This document shows positions 21,253 to 31,512 of a stretch of 64,000 bases of DNA, in pieces. This DNA is from Candidatus Poribacteria bacterium (GTDB lineage: Bacteria; Poribacteria; WGA-4E; WGA-3G), in contig OY730443.1 of assembly GCA_963422705.1 (NCBI GenBank), positions 3,169,394-3,233,393 on the forward strand, read 5' to 3'. Position 1 is the first letter of the stretch. Each line of letters begins with the position of its first letter. Under the pieces are notes generated by a model. The model saw nothing but the letters and a program-made list of their open reading frames with translations. It made no database searches and was not told where the DNA came from. The position numbers were made by a program, and so were the translations under genes.

Positions 21253-21645
21253 ATGCACCATCCAGAAATTCACGGAATTGGTATAGACATAGTTGAGGTA
21301 GAGCGTATTCGCGATGCATCCCAGCGATGGGGCGCAAAGTTTGAACAGCGGGTTTATACCGTGCAGGAGCTCGCGTATTGTGGAGTGGCGCCTTCGCGAT
21401 ATTGGCGCCTCGCTGCGCGTTTTGCTGCCAAAGAGGCTGGGCTGAAAGCACTCGGGACTGGATTAACCACCGGTATGAATTGGAAAGATGTCGAAATTCG
21501 GGCGAACGTTGTTGGAAAGCCATTGCTCGTCATGCACGGTGAGGTGCTGCGATATGCTGATACACTCGGTATCAGTACAGCATTCGTTACGATGTCCCAT
21601 ACGAATCTCTATGCCATCGCACAAGTGACGCTAGTCTCACGTTAG
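21253..21645 (+). CDS. acpS: Holo-[acyl-carrier-protein] synthase
   Basis: IHGIGIDIVEVERI N-terminus. Size of about 125 aa. Confidence 0.85.
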   Translation: MHHPEIHGIGIDIVEVERIRDASQRWGAKFEQRVYTVQELAYCGVAPSRYWRLAARFAAKEAGLKALGTGLTTGMNWKDVEIRANVVGKPLLVMHGEVLRYADTLGISTAFVTMSHTNLYAIAQVTLVSR

Positions 21646-21697
21646 CCGCCTTTGAAACCCGCGTTTACCGGATTACACCTACCATGCGATTCCAAAA

Positions 21698-22834
21698 ATG
21701 ATAATGAAAATACGGAAAGAATTGAAATATATGCGAAATTGTGTTGCAATCCTGCTATGCCTTTCATGGTGTTGGAATGTGGTTGATGCCGCTGAGGATG
21801 CAAGCACTATAGCTGAAGCGGATGGATTTCTCAGCCAGTTACTCAGTGCTAAGCATCGTGGAATGGGAGGTACGTTTGCTGGAAGTGCGCGCGGGGCTAC
21901 GGCGCTTGGCAGCAATCCGGCGGGGATGATGAACCCGGCGGAAAATCGACTTGTCATCTACACGTCCCGATTTCCGCGTACTATCGCGGTGATTTCCAAA
22001 CCTAATTTTGATGGGATTTACAAAGATTACAGTCGCTACGAGCAACGGGCTTCGGGAATTCAGACATTAAATTGGACATTACCGATAAGACGGTTTGGCA
22101 CGTTAGGACTCGGTTTTTCGTTTGCACACGAAGGGCGGTTCCGCCGCGTTGACTATGATGGAAAAGCACTCAATAGCTTCCCTGAAACTCATCTCGCTCT
22201 CGGGCTCAGTTACGGTGTCAAACTCTTTGGCAGTTTAGATATTGGCGTTGATACGAAATGGGTGCGTTCTAAAGTTGCCGATGCTACCGGCGTCGAACAC
22301 CTTGGACATGGTTATGCATACAATGTTGGATGTATCCAAGAACTGGGACGTGGAATTCAGGTTGGCATCGTTGTCCGGAATTTGAGCAACGGCTTGTCAT
22401 TTTCTGACCTTTCTATTCCGCGCCGGATGCGGCGCTATATGGTGTCGGGTATTGCGTACCGCCGTAACCTTAGCGATACGACAACCGTCCACGTTGGCTT
22501 AGATGTGAATCTGCCGTCTCCTGATGTTCTGCAGACGAGTTTAGGGGCAGAAGTTTGGTACCGCGAACGGATTGGTTGCCGCATCGGCTATCTCAGAGAC
22601 ATTGAAGAACGTTATGTGCCGGTGTATCTACTGGAAAGTGATACCGTTGAATCGGATGAGCGGCGCTGGAAATTGGAGGGAATGTCCTACGGCATCGCCG
22701 TCCGGTTCGGCGATTTGATGTTAAATGCTGCTTATATGCCAACGTTCAAGCCTGTCGCGGCAGCGGATGAGCGCGTTTATCTTATCCAAGGAGAGGCTGT
22801 TTATACGTTCTCAATCGGTTTTTTCGTATATTGA
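21698..22834 (+). CDS. PorV/PorQ-family outer-membrane beta-barrel (second paralog)
   Basis: Signal peptide. Motif LLSAKHRGMGGTFAGSARGATALGSNPAGMM resembles the PorV/PorQ N-terminal signature. C-terminal aromatic residue (FFVY). Confidence 0.5.
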   Translation: MIMKIRKELKYMRNCVAILLCLSWCWNVVDAAEDASTIAEADGFLSQLLSAKHRGMGGTFAGSARGATALGSNPAGMMNPAENRLVIYTSRFPRTIAVISKPNFDGIYKDYSRYEQRASGIQTLNWTLPIRRFGTLGLGFSFAHEGRFRRVDYDGKALNSFPETHLALGLSYGVKLFGSLDIGVDTKWVRSKVADATGVEHLGHGYAYNVGCIQELGRGIQVGIVVRNLSNGLSFSDLSIPRRMRRYMVSGIAYRRNLSDTTTVHVGLDVNLPSPDVLQTSLGAEVWYRERIGCRIGYLRDIEERYVPVYLLESDTVESDERRWKLEGMSYGIAVRFGDLMLNAAYMPTFKPVAAADERVYLIQGEAVYTFSIGFFVY

Positions 22835-23430
22835 GCATGTCTGATGAATATAGTACTGTCCTAGGGATTGCCTCCGCCAAACACGTCGTCAAAAAGTCTC
22901 GATTCTTCGCTGACGCAACAGAAGTGGCGTGTCAACAGGCAGTTCGGACGTTTCTTAATGATGTGCGAGCTCAACGCCCGCGTGCATCGCACTACTGCTA
23001 TGCCTATAGTATTGGAAGCGGGACGTCGAAGCGGGAGTATGCAACGGATGCAGGGGAACCGCGCAATTCCGCCGGGCCACCAATCTTATCGGTGATTCAG
23101 GCGCAGGGAATTTCTAATGCGGTTTGTGTTGTTACCCGATATTTTGGTGGAATCCATTTGGGGATTGGTGGCTTAATTCGCGCGTATGGACAGTGTGCAA
23201 GAACTTGTCTCCAAAACGCGACGTTGGCGCCACGTATTTTTTACCAACACTTCCGTTGCAAAGTGCCTTATTCATATATTGGTACAGTCGTCACACTTTG
23301 CAAACGCAGTGGCGGTGATGTCACCGGTATGGAATGGACACCACAGCCTATCATTGCCATTCGGATTAGGCAAGGCGCCGTCGAAGCATTCAAGGCACGC
23401 CTCCAAGGTATTGGAATTCTAACGCTGTAG
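22831..23430 (+). CDS. YigZ/IMPACT-family protein (UPF0029)
   Basis: Conserved GEPRNSAGPPIL and VTRYFGGIHLGIGGLIRAY motifs. Confidence 0.75.
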   Translation: MSMSDEYSTVLGIASAKHVVKKSRFFADATEVACQQAVRTFLNDVRAQRPRASHYCYAYSIGSGTSKREYATDAGEPRNSAGPPILSVIQAQGISNAVCVVTRYFGGIHLGIGGLIRAYGQCARTCLQNATLAPRIFYQHFRCKVPYSYIGTVVTLCKRSGGDVTGMEWTPQPIIAIRIRQGAVEAFKARLQGIGILTL

Positions 23431-23491
23431 TGGAGACGGTATTTCTCGATGTTCACTTTACGGTGAAAAAACTGGTTGGAGGAAATAGGCG

Positions 23492-23926
23492 TTGAGCAAT
23501 ATGAAATACACAGTGACTCATGAATGGATTCAGGTTTCTGATGAGGCGGAAGGGACTATTGGTATCACTGAACGCATACAGGAGATGTATAGCAATATTA
23601 TTTTTGTGGAATTGCCACCACTCCGGGATTTTGAACAAGGGGAAATTCTGGGGCGGATTGAAACGGCTGATGGGAAGAATTTTTATATTTATGCCCCTGT
23701 TAGTGGCGAAGTTTATGAAATTAACACCGCGCTTGAAGATGATATTCAACTCCTTAACCGTTTTCCTGAAAGTGATGGCTGGATTTGTAAACTCTATATT
23801 GAAAATCTGAGTGAATTTGACTCTCTACTTAACCTCGTTGAGTACTATAACTACGAAGAGGATGAACCTTGTGCCGAAGAATACATGCCTGAAGTTGACT
23901 TCTATGAAAATGTAGATGATTATTAA
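23492..23926 (+). CDS. Glycine-cleavage H-protein-like lipoyl-domain protein with an acidic C-terminal tail
   Basis: HEW...GITERIQE...IFVELP...YIYAPVSGEV...ALEDD matches the GcvH fold. The candidate lipoyl Lys sits in ETADGK. Confidence 0.6.
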   Translation: MSNMKYTVTHEWIQVSDEAEGTIGITERIQEMYSNIIFVELPPLRDFEQGEILGRIETADGKNFYIYAPVSGEVYEINTALEDDIQLLNRFPESDGWICKLYIENLSEFDSLLNLVEYYNYEEDEPCAEEYMPEVDFYENVDDY

Positions 23927-24152
23927 GTTGGTGGCAAGCGTGATGTTCTTAAAACGAGTGACAGGGCGCGCTGTCCGCTCCGTCTTATCTGAGGTAGCGT
24001 ATAACTAGGTACTTATTTCTGGGACAATCCGACACCATCATAAAAATTTCGGCCAATGGTGTCGTGCAGTGTCCTTTATTTCAATTCTATAAAAATCGCC
24101 ATTTGCAATACCCCGTGGGGTTGTAAAATTTCAATGAGAGAGGAGCCTTCCG

Positions 24153-24989
24153 ATGCCGCAGACTGAGAAGATTCGGATTGGACACAGCCCGGATTCTGAT
24201 GATGCATTTATGTTCTATGCCCTTGCCAAGGGGCTAATTCCAACGAATCCGTTTGAGATTGTCCACGTTATCGAGGATATTGAGCGTTTAAACCAGCGCG
24301 CCCTTGCCGCGGAATTAGAGATTACCGCGATTTCGGTTCACGCGTACGCGTATGTTGCCAATGACTATATCCTCATGCCTTGTGGGGCGAGTATTGGTGA
24401 CAGATACGGACCGGTTGTTGTTTCAAAGGAACCCATGAAAAGCCTAGCTGGTAAGCGCATCGCTATTCCCGGGAAGATGACCACGGCGTATCTGACGATG
24501 CGGCTCTTCCAACCGAATTTTGTGGCGGAGACGCGACGCTTTGATCAGATTTTGGATGCTGTTCAGCAGGGTGAGGTAGACGCCGGGCTCTGCATACATG
24601 AAGGGCAGTTGACTTATGAACGCGAAGGACTGCATAAAATCGTTGACTTGGGAGAGTGGTGGTTTCAGGAAACCGGATTACCCATTCCACTCGGGGCCAA
24701 CGTCATTCGCCGGAACCTCGGCACCGAGAAAATCCGAAACTTAACGACGTTACTAAAGCAGAGCATTCAATATTCGCTATTGCATCGTGAACGTGGACTT
24801 GAATACGCAATGACGTATGCACGGGACATGGAAACCGCGCTCGCCGACAGGTTTGTCGGAATGTATGTCAACGATTATACGATTGATTATGGCGAGAAGG
24901 GAAGAGCCGGCGTGCGCGAATTACTCAAACGCGGGTATAAAGCAGGTATCATTCCGCATGCCCTTGATATCGATTTTGTTACCATTTAA
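24153..24989 (+). CDS. Menaquinone biosynthesis via futalosine, MqnA/MqnD-family protein
   Basis: About 280 aa periplasmic-binding-protein-like fold. The opening RIGHSPDSDDAFMFYAL matches the VitK2-biosynthesis (MqnA/MqnD) family. Confidence 0.65.
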   Translation: MPQTEKIRIGHSPDSDDAFMFYALAKGLIPTNPFEIVHVIEDIERLNQRALAAELEITAISVHAYAYVANDYILMPCGASIGDRYGPVVVSKEPMKSLAGKRIAIPGKMTTAYLTMRLFQPNFVAETRRFDQILDAVQQGEVDAGLCIHEGQLTYEREGLHKIVDLGEWWFQETGLPIPLGANVIRRNLGTEKIRNLTTLLKQSIQYSLLHRERGLEYAMTYARDMETALADRFVGMYVNDYTIDYGEKGRAGVRELLKRGYKAGIIPHALDIDFVTI

Positions 24990-25453
24990 GAATTACGTGT
25001 TGTGCTGAGGTTAACCTTACTGTCAAAATGTAAGGGGTTCTATCTAGGCTATCCCTCTATACTGGAGGGAGTGGGATTCTGTACCACACAAACGGGGAAA
25101 GGAGTATGGACGCGAAACGCCGCAGAGTCTTTCAATTGGAATCCGCAACAGGTGAAAAATTGGCATCGGGGGTTCTGTATGATGAGGGAAATGTACAAGT
25201 TTTATGGCGACTGGACATCGGGTACACCGCAGAACAGTATTCGTCGCTGAATCTGGTTTTGGATTTGATGCCAGGGATTGCGATGCTGCGCTTCACTGAG
25301 GCATTCTCATGATAACTAGCGGAGGCGTGCTTAGCCTTTGTCACGATGCTTAGAAGGAGCAGCCTGTTAAACCTATACATGAATAGAGAAATCATGATTC
25401 GCCTGATTTGCGTTGGATACTGTCTACAATAAACTGACGCATGAACCGCCTGG

Positions 25454-26344
25454 CTAACGCAGACGCCGATCCGCTAACTTGATCACCTGTCCAGTTTCCT
25501 GTGCAATATACATATAGCCGAGCCCATCTAACACAACCCCCTCTTGTTCGTCCCCGGGTAATAAATATTGACTTAGAATTGTACCATCCGGTTTGAGCTC
25601 TATGAGTAGATTCGTTGTGTCGCTAATCAGGACAAGGCATTTCGCACGCTCATCATAGGCGAGCCCAGAGATATCAATGAAGTTCATCTGATGGTAACGG
25701 ATAATCCTCCCTTCTGTTCTATCGGCTTGTGAGGAGCGCAGCGGGACAACTACTTCGCATATAACCGATGGCTCATCTTCCGGCTTCAGACTGAAGGTTT
25801 GATTGCCAACCCAAAAGGTACCGCCCTCCGGATGAGACGCATCCGGAATAAAAACGATTGCCTCGATGCCCATTCCGCCTTTTTTCAAGAGTGTTTTACT
25901 TTCAAACTTCCTATTGATTGCAAATTCTCTCTGAATGATAAGCGTGGCCGGGTCGATTTCCAAAATCGTTTCGTCATCTTCAATAACGGTGTATAGCCAA
26001 CCGGTATCAGGGTTAACGGTAATTCCTTCCAGGTCTCGTTCGTTCAACATTTTTGATTGAACCAGTGTTCCGTCTATTGTCCTGATTTCATGAATACTCC
26101 CAGAATCGTCGGCGACAAACAGGCTGCGCCGCGTCGGGTGATAGGTGATACCGGAGGGTTCAGCAATATTCGCATCCGTGATATTGCCTAGCCAATTATA
26201 GGGGAGCTCAATCGGGCGAGAACCCGTGTGCTTGTTTCTTACGGAGTGTTCTACCTGATTTAGAACATAGACTAAGGAGGCACTGATAGCGATTATTGAA
26301 ATGATTATGAGTGCTCTATTATACGACATTGGGTTACTCTGCAT
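25454..26344 (-). CDS. SdiA-regulated/YjiK-like beta-propeller protein
   Basis: N-terminal TM/signal peptide. IAEPSGITYHP...LFVADDSG and repeated blade-like segments. Confidence 0.5.
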   Translation of the reverse strand: MQSNPMSYNRALIIISIIAISASLVYVLNQVEHSVRNKHTGSRPIELPYNWLGNITDANIAEPSGITYHPTRRSLFVADDSGSIHEIRTIDGTLVQSKMLNERDLEGITVNPDTGWLYTVIEDDETILEIDPATLIIQREFAINRKFESKTLLKKGGMGIEAIVFIPDASHPEGGTFWVGNQTFSLKPEDEPSVICEVVVPLRSSQADRTEGRIIRYHQMNFIDISGLAYDERAKCLVLISDTTNLLIELKPDGTILSQYLLPGDEQEGVVLDGLGYMYIAQETGQVIKLADRRLR

Positions 26345-26549
26345 AGGAGGATTGTTTAAATGCCCCTCAATGTTATTCCTATTTTATCATATTTTATGGA
26401 ATTAACCAAATAGTCTTTGGGCGCGGTTCGGGTTATTTCGGTTTTGGCATTTTTGTATTTGTAGATTTGCCGGAAGTGAGCGCTGGGGTTCCCCCTACCG
26501 GGATGTCTTGTGGGGAAGAGCCCGTTCTTAACGAAGACCCGTTCTTGAC

Positions 26550-26996
26550 GGAGAATTGTAGTAGATGCTGAAAATAAGGGGACATTAGCGTATCAATTTT
26601 GTCGACAGGACGAGCGTCGCCGCAAGGTAACGTATCTGCCTCATCACTTGTTAGGGGGTGATGTACCATGAAAACTTATTCGTATCAATGTAGAGATTCA
26701 TCCAATTGTATTCGGCTTGGCAACTTTCTTGACGATATGTGGCAAGTGGATATGTATTTCCATAAGCGGCAGCGTCAACAGGATAAAGACGGATTATCAT
26801 GCGATGCGCGCACACGTGATTAAGTTGAAGCGGTGCCCCCCGGCATTGGAATGTTTTGCCGAGTCAAGTCCTCTAAGAGGAAATCAAACGTATTTACGCG
26901 GGACATCCGCGTTTTTTCAATAAATCTGGCGGTAACCCCATATCAAACCGCAGTTGCTATGAAACCGAAGCTGACCTTTTAGGGTGTGGCTATCAC
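26550..26996 (+). mobile_element. MITE/PATE-like internal-deletion derivative of the IS200/IS605-like element at 43.7 kb
   Basis: Left part matches that element's left end (LE) and tnpB 5' end (cgtatcaa, then ATGAAAACTTAT...cttgacgatatgtggcaagtg). The junction is at a shared aaacc, followed by a right end (RE) matching accgcagttgctatgaaaccgaagc...ctatcac. Flanked on the left by TTGAC. Confidence 0.6.
26669..26821 (+). pseudogene. tnpB: tnpB 5' fragment (51 codons) inside the MITE-like element
   Basis: MKTYSYQ...LGNFLDDMWQVDMYFHKRQRQQ parallels the N-terminus of TnpB at 43857 (MKTYKYP...IGNQLDDMWQVHVYFHKWQRH). Confidence 0.6.
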
Positions 26997-27050
26997 TTGA
27001 CATATTGCTCCTTAGGTGATATACTAATTCATTAAAGAAGGAGATTCCCT

Positions 27051-28466
27051 ATGTCAAACATGCCGAGGTTAGTGGTTGAAGTCTTTGAACATGTGAATTT
27101 TCAAGGCCGGAAAGTGACGCTGATTGAGTCAATCCCAAATACCGGGGAAATTGGTGCCCAGGATATTATCTCTTCGGTTAAGATTTACAAAGGACCAGGA
27201 TTTAATGCATCACCGAACTATAAAGCGATTTTTCATGAGCATGAGGGCTATAGGGGACGCAGGCTCGTGTTAGCCCCCGGGTTCTATTCAAACATTCACG
27301 AGATTCCATACAACTTCGGGGATGCAATTACTTCTATCAGTTTTAGTCCATCTGCACATCCGACACCCCCGGAGTACGGGGCTGTCCCGGTTATCATTGA
27401 GGTATTTCGCGATGTTGACTACAGTGGGCAGCACAGCGTTATCATGCGGGATGTTAGTTCTATGTTTGACATCGGGATGAACGATACGATTTCATCAATT
27501 CGCATTCAACGTGGCCCGAGTTTTCCGTTTAGTGGATGCCATGTCGTATTCTATGAGCACGTGAATTTTGAAGGGCGTCGGCTGAGTCTCACTTTAAGTT
27601 CACAAGAATTCCGCGTATCGATTCGGAATCTGCGTTCGTTACCCCACTCCCAGTCATTTTCAGATATTATTTCGTCTTTAAAGATTGTCCCATTAGGTGT
27701 TTTCCGGGTTTTAATTGTTGTTGGTGATAGTATGAGCGGGGAGCCTGCAGTGCTCGAGTCGCTAACGACTTTGGAAGGGTTGAAATTCCAATTTGCGACG
27801 GTGCATATTAATGATAATCCTGACAATCGCGGTGATGCGAATAACGCCATTAAGCTCTCAAGCGTGCCGCTTTCCGATTACGATATCATCTGGTTTACGT
27901 GGAATGCGCCGGGGCACGATGGCGAATATTTTATGGAGGATGCCGACTATGCAATTCGGGATTTTGTCCGGAAGGGTGGTATCGTGTGGGCTTCTGCGAT
28001 GGATAATAACATCATCCCGCCTGATGGCGTGCATACAACGGAACCGACTTGGCGCGGGGAATGGCTACCCGTTGACAGGCATCCCATCCGGGTAATCAAT
28101 TCTAATGACGGGAACATCACGGTAACCGGAGACGGCCAGAAAACCGGCCTCTTTACCTGGCCTCATAAAATTAATGTTGATGCACTTGTTACCGACGATA
28201 ATTGGGTGACGGACGACTCGAGTTATCGCAAATTAGCAATCAGAGAGGATAACGAGGATGCTGTCAGCGTTCAGCTACAGTGGGGTGAGGGCTACTACGT
28301 CACCTTTGCTGTGGATACTCGGGATGCTTACCGCACAACCATATCCAAGCCGCTTATTGAAAATGCGCTCTGTTACTTGGCAAACCTCGCTTGGCAGACG
28401 TCGCCCCGTCAACCGCTCAAAGGCCGGTATCGGACACATCATAGCAGCGATACCATCTTTCGTTAA
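27051..28466 (+). CDS. Beta/gamma-crystallin-domain protein with an uncharacterised C-terminal domain
   Basis: Three Greek-key pairs, for example VVEVFEHVNFQGRKV...ISSVKI, IIEVFRDVDYSGQH...ISSIRI, VVFYEHVNFEGRRL. RBS AAGGAG. Confidence 0.6.
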   Translation: MSNMPRLVVEVFEHVNFQGRKVTLIESIPNTGEIGAQDIISSVKIYKGPGFNASPNYKAIFHEHEGYRGRRLVLAPGFYSNIHEIPYNFGDAITSISFSPSAHPTPPEYGAVPVIIEVFRDVDYSGQHSVIMRDVSSMFDIGMNDTISSIRIQRGPSFPFSGCHVVFYEHVNFEGRRLSLTLSSQEFRVSIRNLRSLPHSQSFSDIISSLKIVPLGVFRVLIVVGDSMSGEPAVLESLTTLEGLKFQFATVHINDNPDNRGDANNAIKLSSVPLSDYDIIWFTWNAPGHDGEYFMEDADYAIRDFVRKGGIVWASAMDNNIIPPDGVHTTEPTWRGEWLPVDRHPIRVINSNDGNITVTGDGQKTGLFTWPHKINVDALVTDDNWVTDDSSYRKLAIREDNEDAVSVQLQWGEGYYVTFAVDTRDAYRTTISKPLIENALCYLANLAWQTSPRQPLKGRYRTHHSSDTIFR

Positions 28467-28638
28467 CGCTCATGTGGACTCGCCTCGGCTTCGCAAAAGC
28501 GCGCCTCAAGGTGACGGAGAAAACAATCTTTTGTCTGAATCGTGTTTAAGGGGACTGCATGAAGAAAGATTTTGCCGAACCGCTGCATCCGTTGGGCTTG
28601 CTTACCTTAACCTTAAAGTTACCTGATGGGAGAAATCA

Positions 28639-31467
28639 ATGCGTTTTATTGCTGTTATCGTTTTCTTAATTGGGGTCGCGATTGCGATTGGGTACTTCGC
28701 ATATCAAAATCTGGGCGGCTTTGCGTCCACCAGCCTGGTTCGTTGGCTCATCGTTATTTTTGCGGTATTGTTGGGGAGCCTCATTGCGTTCGCAGCTTCA
28801 GTCATCCGATATCGGATTCCGAAAGCGGATGTTGCGCTTATTAGGACGGGGGGCTCCCGGGAAAAAATTCGTGTCACCGGCGGACTCTGGGTAAACACGA
28901 TTATTCATGAAATCAAAGAAGTTTCTCTCAATACCATGCGCATTGAGGTGGTTCGCGAGGGGCCAGAAGCGCTAATCACCTACGACTTCAACCGTGGAGA
29001 TGTTGAAGTCGTTTTTTACCTTAAGGTCGAGCCTGTAGAGGACGGTATCTTACGCGCAGCACAAGCACTCGGCGATAAATCTATGACGCCAGAAACCGTC
29101 CGTGAACTGATAGAACCTAAGCTTGAGGGGGCACTACGCAGTGTTGCCGCCGAAAGTGACATACAAGAGCTCTTGCAGAAACGACAAGAATTCGCTGATA
29201 AAGTACAAGCCACATGTGGCGAAGACCTGGAAGCACAAAATGGGTTGACACTTGAAACTGTCTCCATTATCCGCGTCGATCAGACACCCGTTGAAACATT
29301 GGATGCCGATAACCGTTTTGACGCCGTCGGTATCCGGGAAATTACTGAAATTACAGCCGAGCAGGAACGCGAAAAAACACGCATTGTTCAAGAGAAAGAT
29401 GTAGCAATCGCTCAAATTGAGATGGATGCACGCGTCCGGAAGCTTGAAATCGAACAGGAACAGTCCTGGGCAGAGTCAGATCAGCAGAAGAATATCTCTA
29501 TTTATGCAGCTGAACGGGAAGCCGAGACACTCAAATTTCAGTTTGAGATGGAGCAAGGCGTCCAAGAACGTGAATATGAGATGAAGCAAGAGGTTGAACG
29601 CGCACGCATCACACAGGAACAAGTCGTCCAAGAACGCGAAATTGAGATGAACCGGGATGTTGAAGTCGCCCGCGTCCAACAAGAACAGATTGTCGCTGAA
29701 CGCGAAATTGAGAAAAACCTTATTGTTGAAACGCAACAGATTGAACAATCCAAAGTTGTTCAACTTGCCGAAATTGAGCAGCATCTTATCGTGCAACTGC
29801 AGAAAATTGAGCAGGAACAGAGCATCGCTGTTCGTGATATAGAGAAGGAGTTATTCGTAGAGAAGGCGCGTATTGCGCAAGAAGAGGGTGTGATGCTGCG
29901 TGATATTGAGCGTGATTTACTTGTTCAGACGGAGCGTTTTAGTCAAGAGCAACAGGTTCAGCAGCGTGAGATAGAAAAGAATCTGGTTGTGGAGACAGCC
30001 CAAATCGAGCAGCTTCGGCAAGTAGAACTAGCCGAGATTGCGAAAATGCTAACGGTAGAGATAACGCGCATTGCGCAGCAACAGCAGGTGGAGACGCGCG
30101 ATATAGAGAAGGAGTTATTCGTAGAGAAGGCGCGTATTGCGCAAGAAGAGGGTGTGATGCTGCGTGATATTGAGCGTGATTTACTTGTTCAGACGGAGCG
30201 TTTTAGTCAAGAGCAACAGGTTCAGCAGCGTGAGATAGAAAAGAATCTTGTCGTGGAGACAGCCCAAATCGAGCAGCTTCGGCAAGTGGAACTGGCCGAG
30301 ATTGCGAAAATGCTAACGGTAGAGATAACGCGCATTGCGCAGCAACAGCAGGTGGAGACGCGCGATATAGAGAAGGAGTTATTCGTAGAGAAGGCGCGTA
30401 TTGCGCAAGAAGAGGGTGTGATGCTGCGTGATATTGAGCGTGATTTACTTGTTCAGACGGAGCGCTTTAGTCAAGAGCAACAGGTTCAGCAGCGTGAGAT
30501 AGAAAAGAATCTTGTCGTGGAGACAGCCCAAATCGAGCAGCTTCGGCAAGTGGAACTGGCCGAGATTGCGAAAATGCTAACGGTAGAGATAACGCGCATT
30601 GCGCAGCAACAGCAGGTGGAGACGCGCGATATAGAGAAGGAGTTATTCGTAGAGAAGGCGCGTATTGCGCAAGAAGAGGGTGTGATGCTGCGTGATATTG
30701 AGCGTGATTTACTTGTTCAGACAGAGCGTTTTAGTCAAGAGCAACAGGTTCAGCAGCGTGAGATAGAAAAGAATCTGGTTGTGGAGACAGCCCAAATCGA
30801 GCAGCTTCGGCAAGTGGAACTAGCCGAGATTGCGAAAATGCTAACAGTAGAGCAATCCCGGATTGGCCAGGAATTGCGCGTGGTGTTGACTGATGAGGAT
30901 AGAAAAATCGATGTTGCCAATAAACAGCAGTTGACAGCCCTGGCCGAAAAAGAGCAGCTGGTTGCAGAGGCTGAACGGATGGGTGCCGAAGTAGAGGTTA
31001 CCGCGACTGAACAGCGTGGAGAGGCAGAATGGCAGCGTGAAGTGGCAATCATCGGAGCGGAAGCGCAGGCACAACCAATTGAACGTCTCGCCGACGCGGT
31101 GCTTGCTGAAGCACGCGCCAAAGCACAGGGAGATATGGCAGATTACGAGGCACGAAACGTTGCTGAGCAGCGGGTTCTCGTACAGGAAGCCATCTTAGAA
31201 CTCATTGACGAACTCCCTGATATTTTTGAAGAAATGATGAAACCTGTTGAGAAAATCGACAGCATTAAGATTTTGGATATGGGGAACAATGATGGGCAAC
31301 GCGGTATCACACGTAGCAATATGGGACGTCTCGCAAATGCCTTGCTTGATACCGGCGCAATTTCACCGATGTTAAAGGAATTGTTCAACTTCGCCGATGT
31401 AGATGCGCAACAAATTACGGATAAGATTGCTGAATATCTCGCCGACTTGGTGAATCGCCCCAGTTAA
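28639..31467 (+). CDS. Flotillin/SPFH (band 7, YqiK-like) membrane protein with an expanded coiled-coil repeat region
   Basis: N-terminal TM helix plus SPFH-like segment (LIRTGGSREKIRVTGGLWVNTIIHEIKEVSLNTMRIEV). Long E/Q/R-rich heptad region containing an 88-aa unit repeated about 4 times. Confidence 0.65.
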   Translation: MRFIAVIVFLIGVAIAIGYFAYQNLGGFASTSLVRWLIVIFAVLLGSLIAFAASVIRYRIPKADVALIRTGGSREKIRVTGGLWVNTIIHEIKEVSLNTMRIEVVREGPEALITYDFNRGDVEVVFYLKVEPVEDGILRAAQALGDKSMTPETVRELIEPKLEGALRSVAAESDIQELLQKRQEFADKVQATCGEDLEAQNGLTLETVSIIRVDQTPVETLDADNRFDAVGIREITEITAEQEREKTRIVQEKDVAIAQIEMDARVRKLEIEQEQSWAESDQQKNISIYAAEREAETLKFQFEMEQGVQEREYEMKQEVERARITQEQVVQEREIEMNRDVEVARVQQEQIVAEREIEKNLIVETQQIEQSKVVQLAEIEQHLIVQLQKIEQEQSIAVRDIEKELFVEKARIAQEEGVMLRDIERDLLVQTERFSQEQQVQQREIEKNLVVETAQIEQLRQVELAEIAKMLTVEITRIAQQQQVETRDIEKELFVEKARIAQEEGVMLRDIERDLLVQTERFSQEQQVQQREIEKNLVVETAQIEQLRQVELAEIAKMLTVEITRIAQQQQVETRDIEKELFVEKARIAQEEGVMLRDIERDLLVQTERFSQEQQVQQREIEKNLVVETAQIEQLRQVELAEIAKMLTVEITRIAQQQQVETRDIEKELFVEKARIAQEEGVMLRDIERDLLVQTERFSQEQQVQQREIEKNLVVETAQIEQLRQVELAEIAKMLTVEQSRIGQELRVVLTDEDRKIDVANKQQLTALAEKEQLVAEAERMGAEVEVTATEQRGEAEWQREVAIIGAEAQAQPIERLADAVLAEARAKAQGDMADYEARNVAEQRVLVQEAILELIDELPDIFEEMMKPVEKIDSIKILDMGNNDGQRGITRSNMGRLANALLDTGAISPMLKELFNFADVDAQQITDKIAEYLADLVNRPS
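29836..30855 (+). repeat. 264-bp near-perfect tandem repeat x about 3.9 inside the flotillin-like gene
   Basis: Unit starts at 29836, 30100, 30364 and 30628 (gatatagagaaggagttattcgtagagaaggcgcg...), with only a few SNPs between copies. Confidence 0.9.
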
Positions 31468-31512
31468 AAAGAGAGATGTCTCACTGTAAAGGGCTAGCGA
31501 AACCGTTAACCG

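Noticed and set aside
25002-25454. Small ORFs (63 to 87 aa) in the mqn/YjiK intergenic region
   Set aside because: Overlapping opposite-strand ORFs. The best + strand candidate has an AAAGGAG only 1 nt from its ATG (bad spacing). No support beyond being open.
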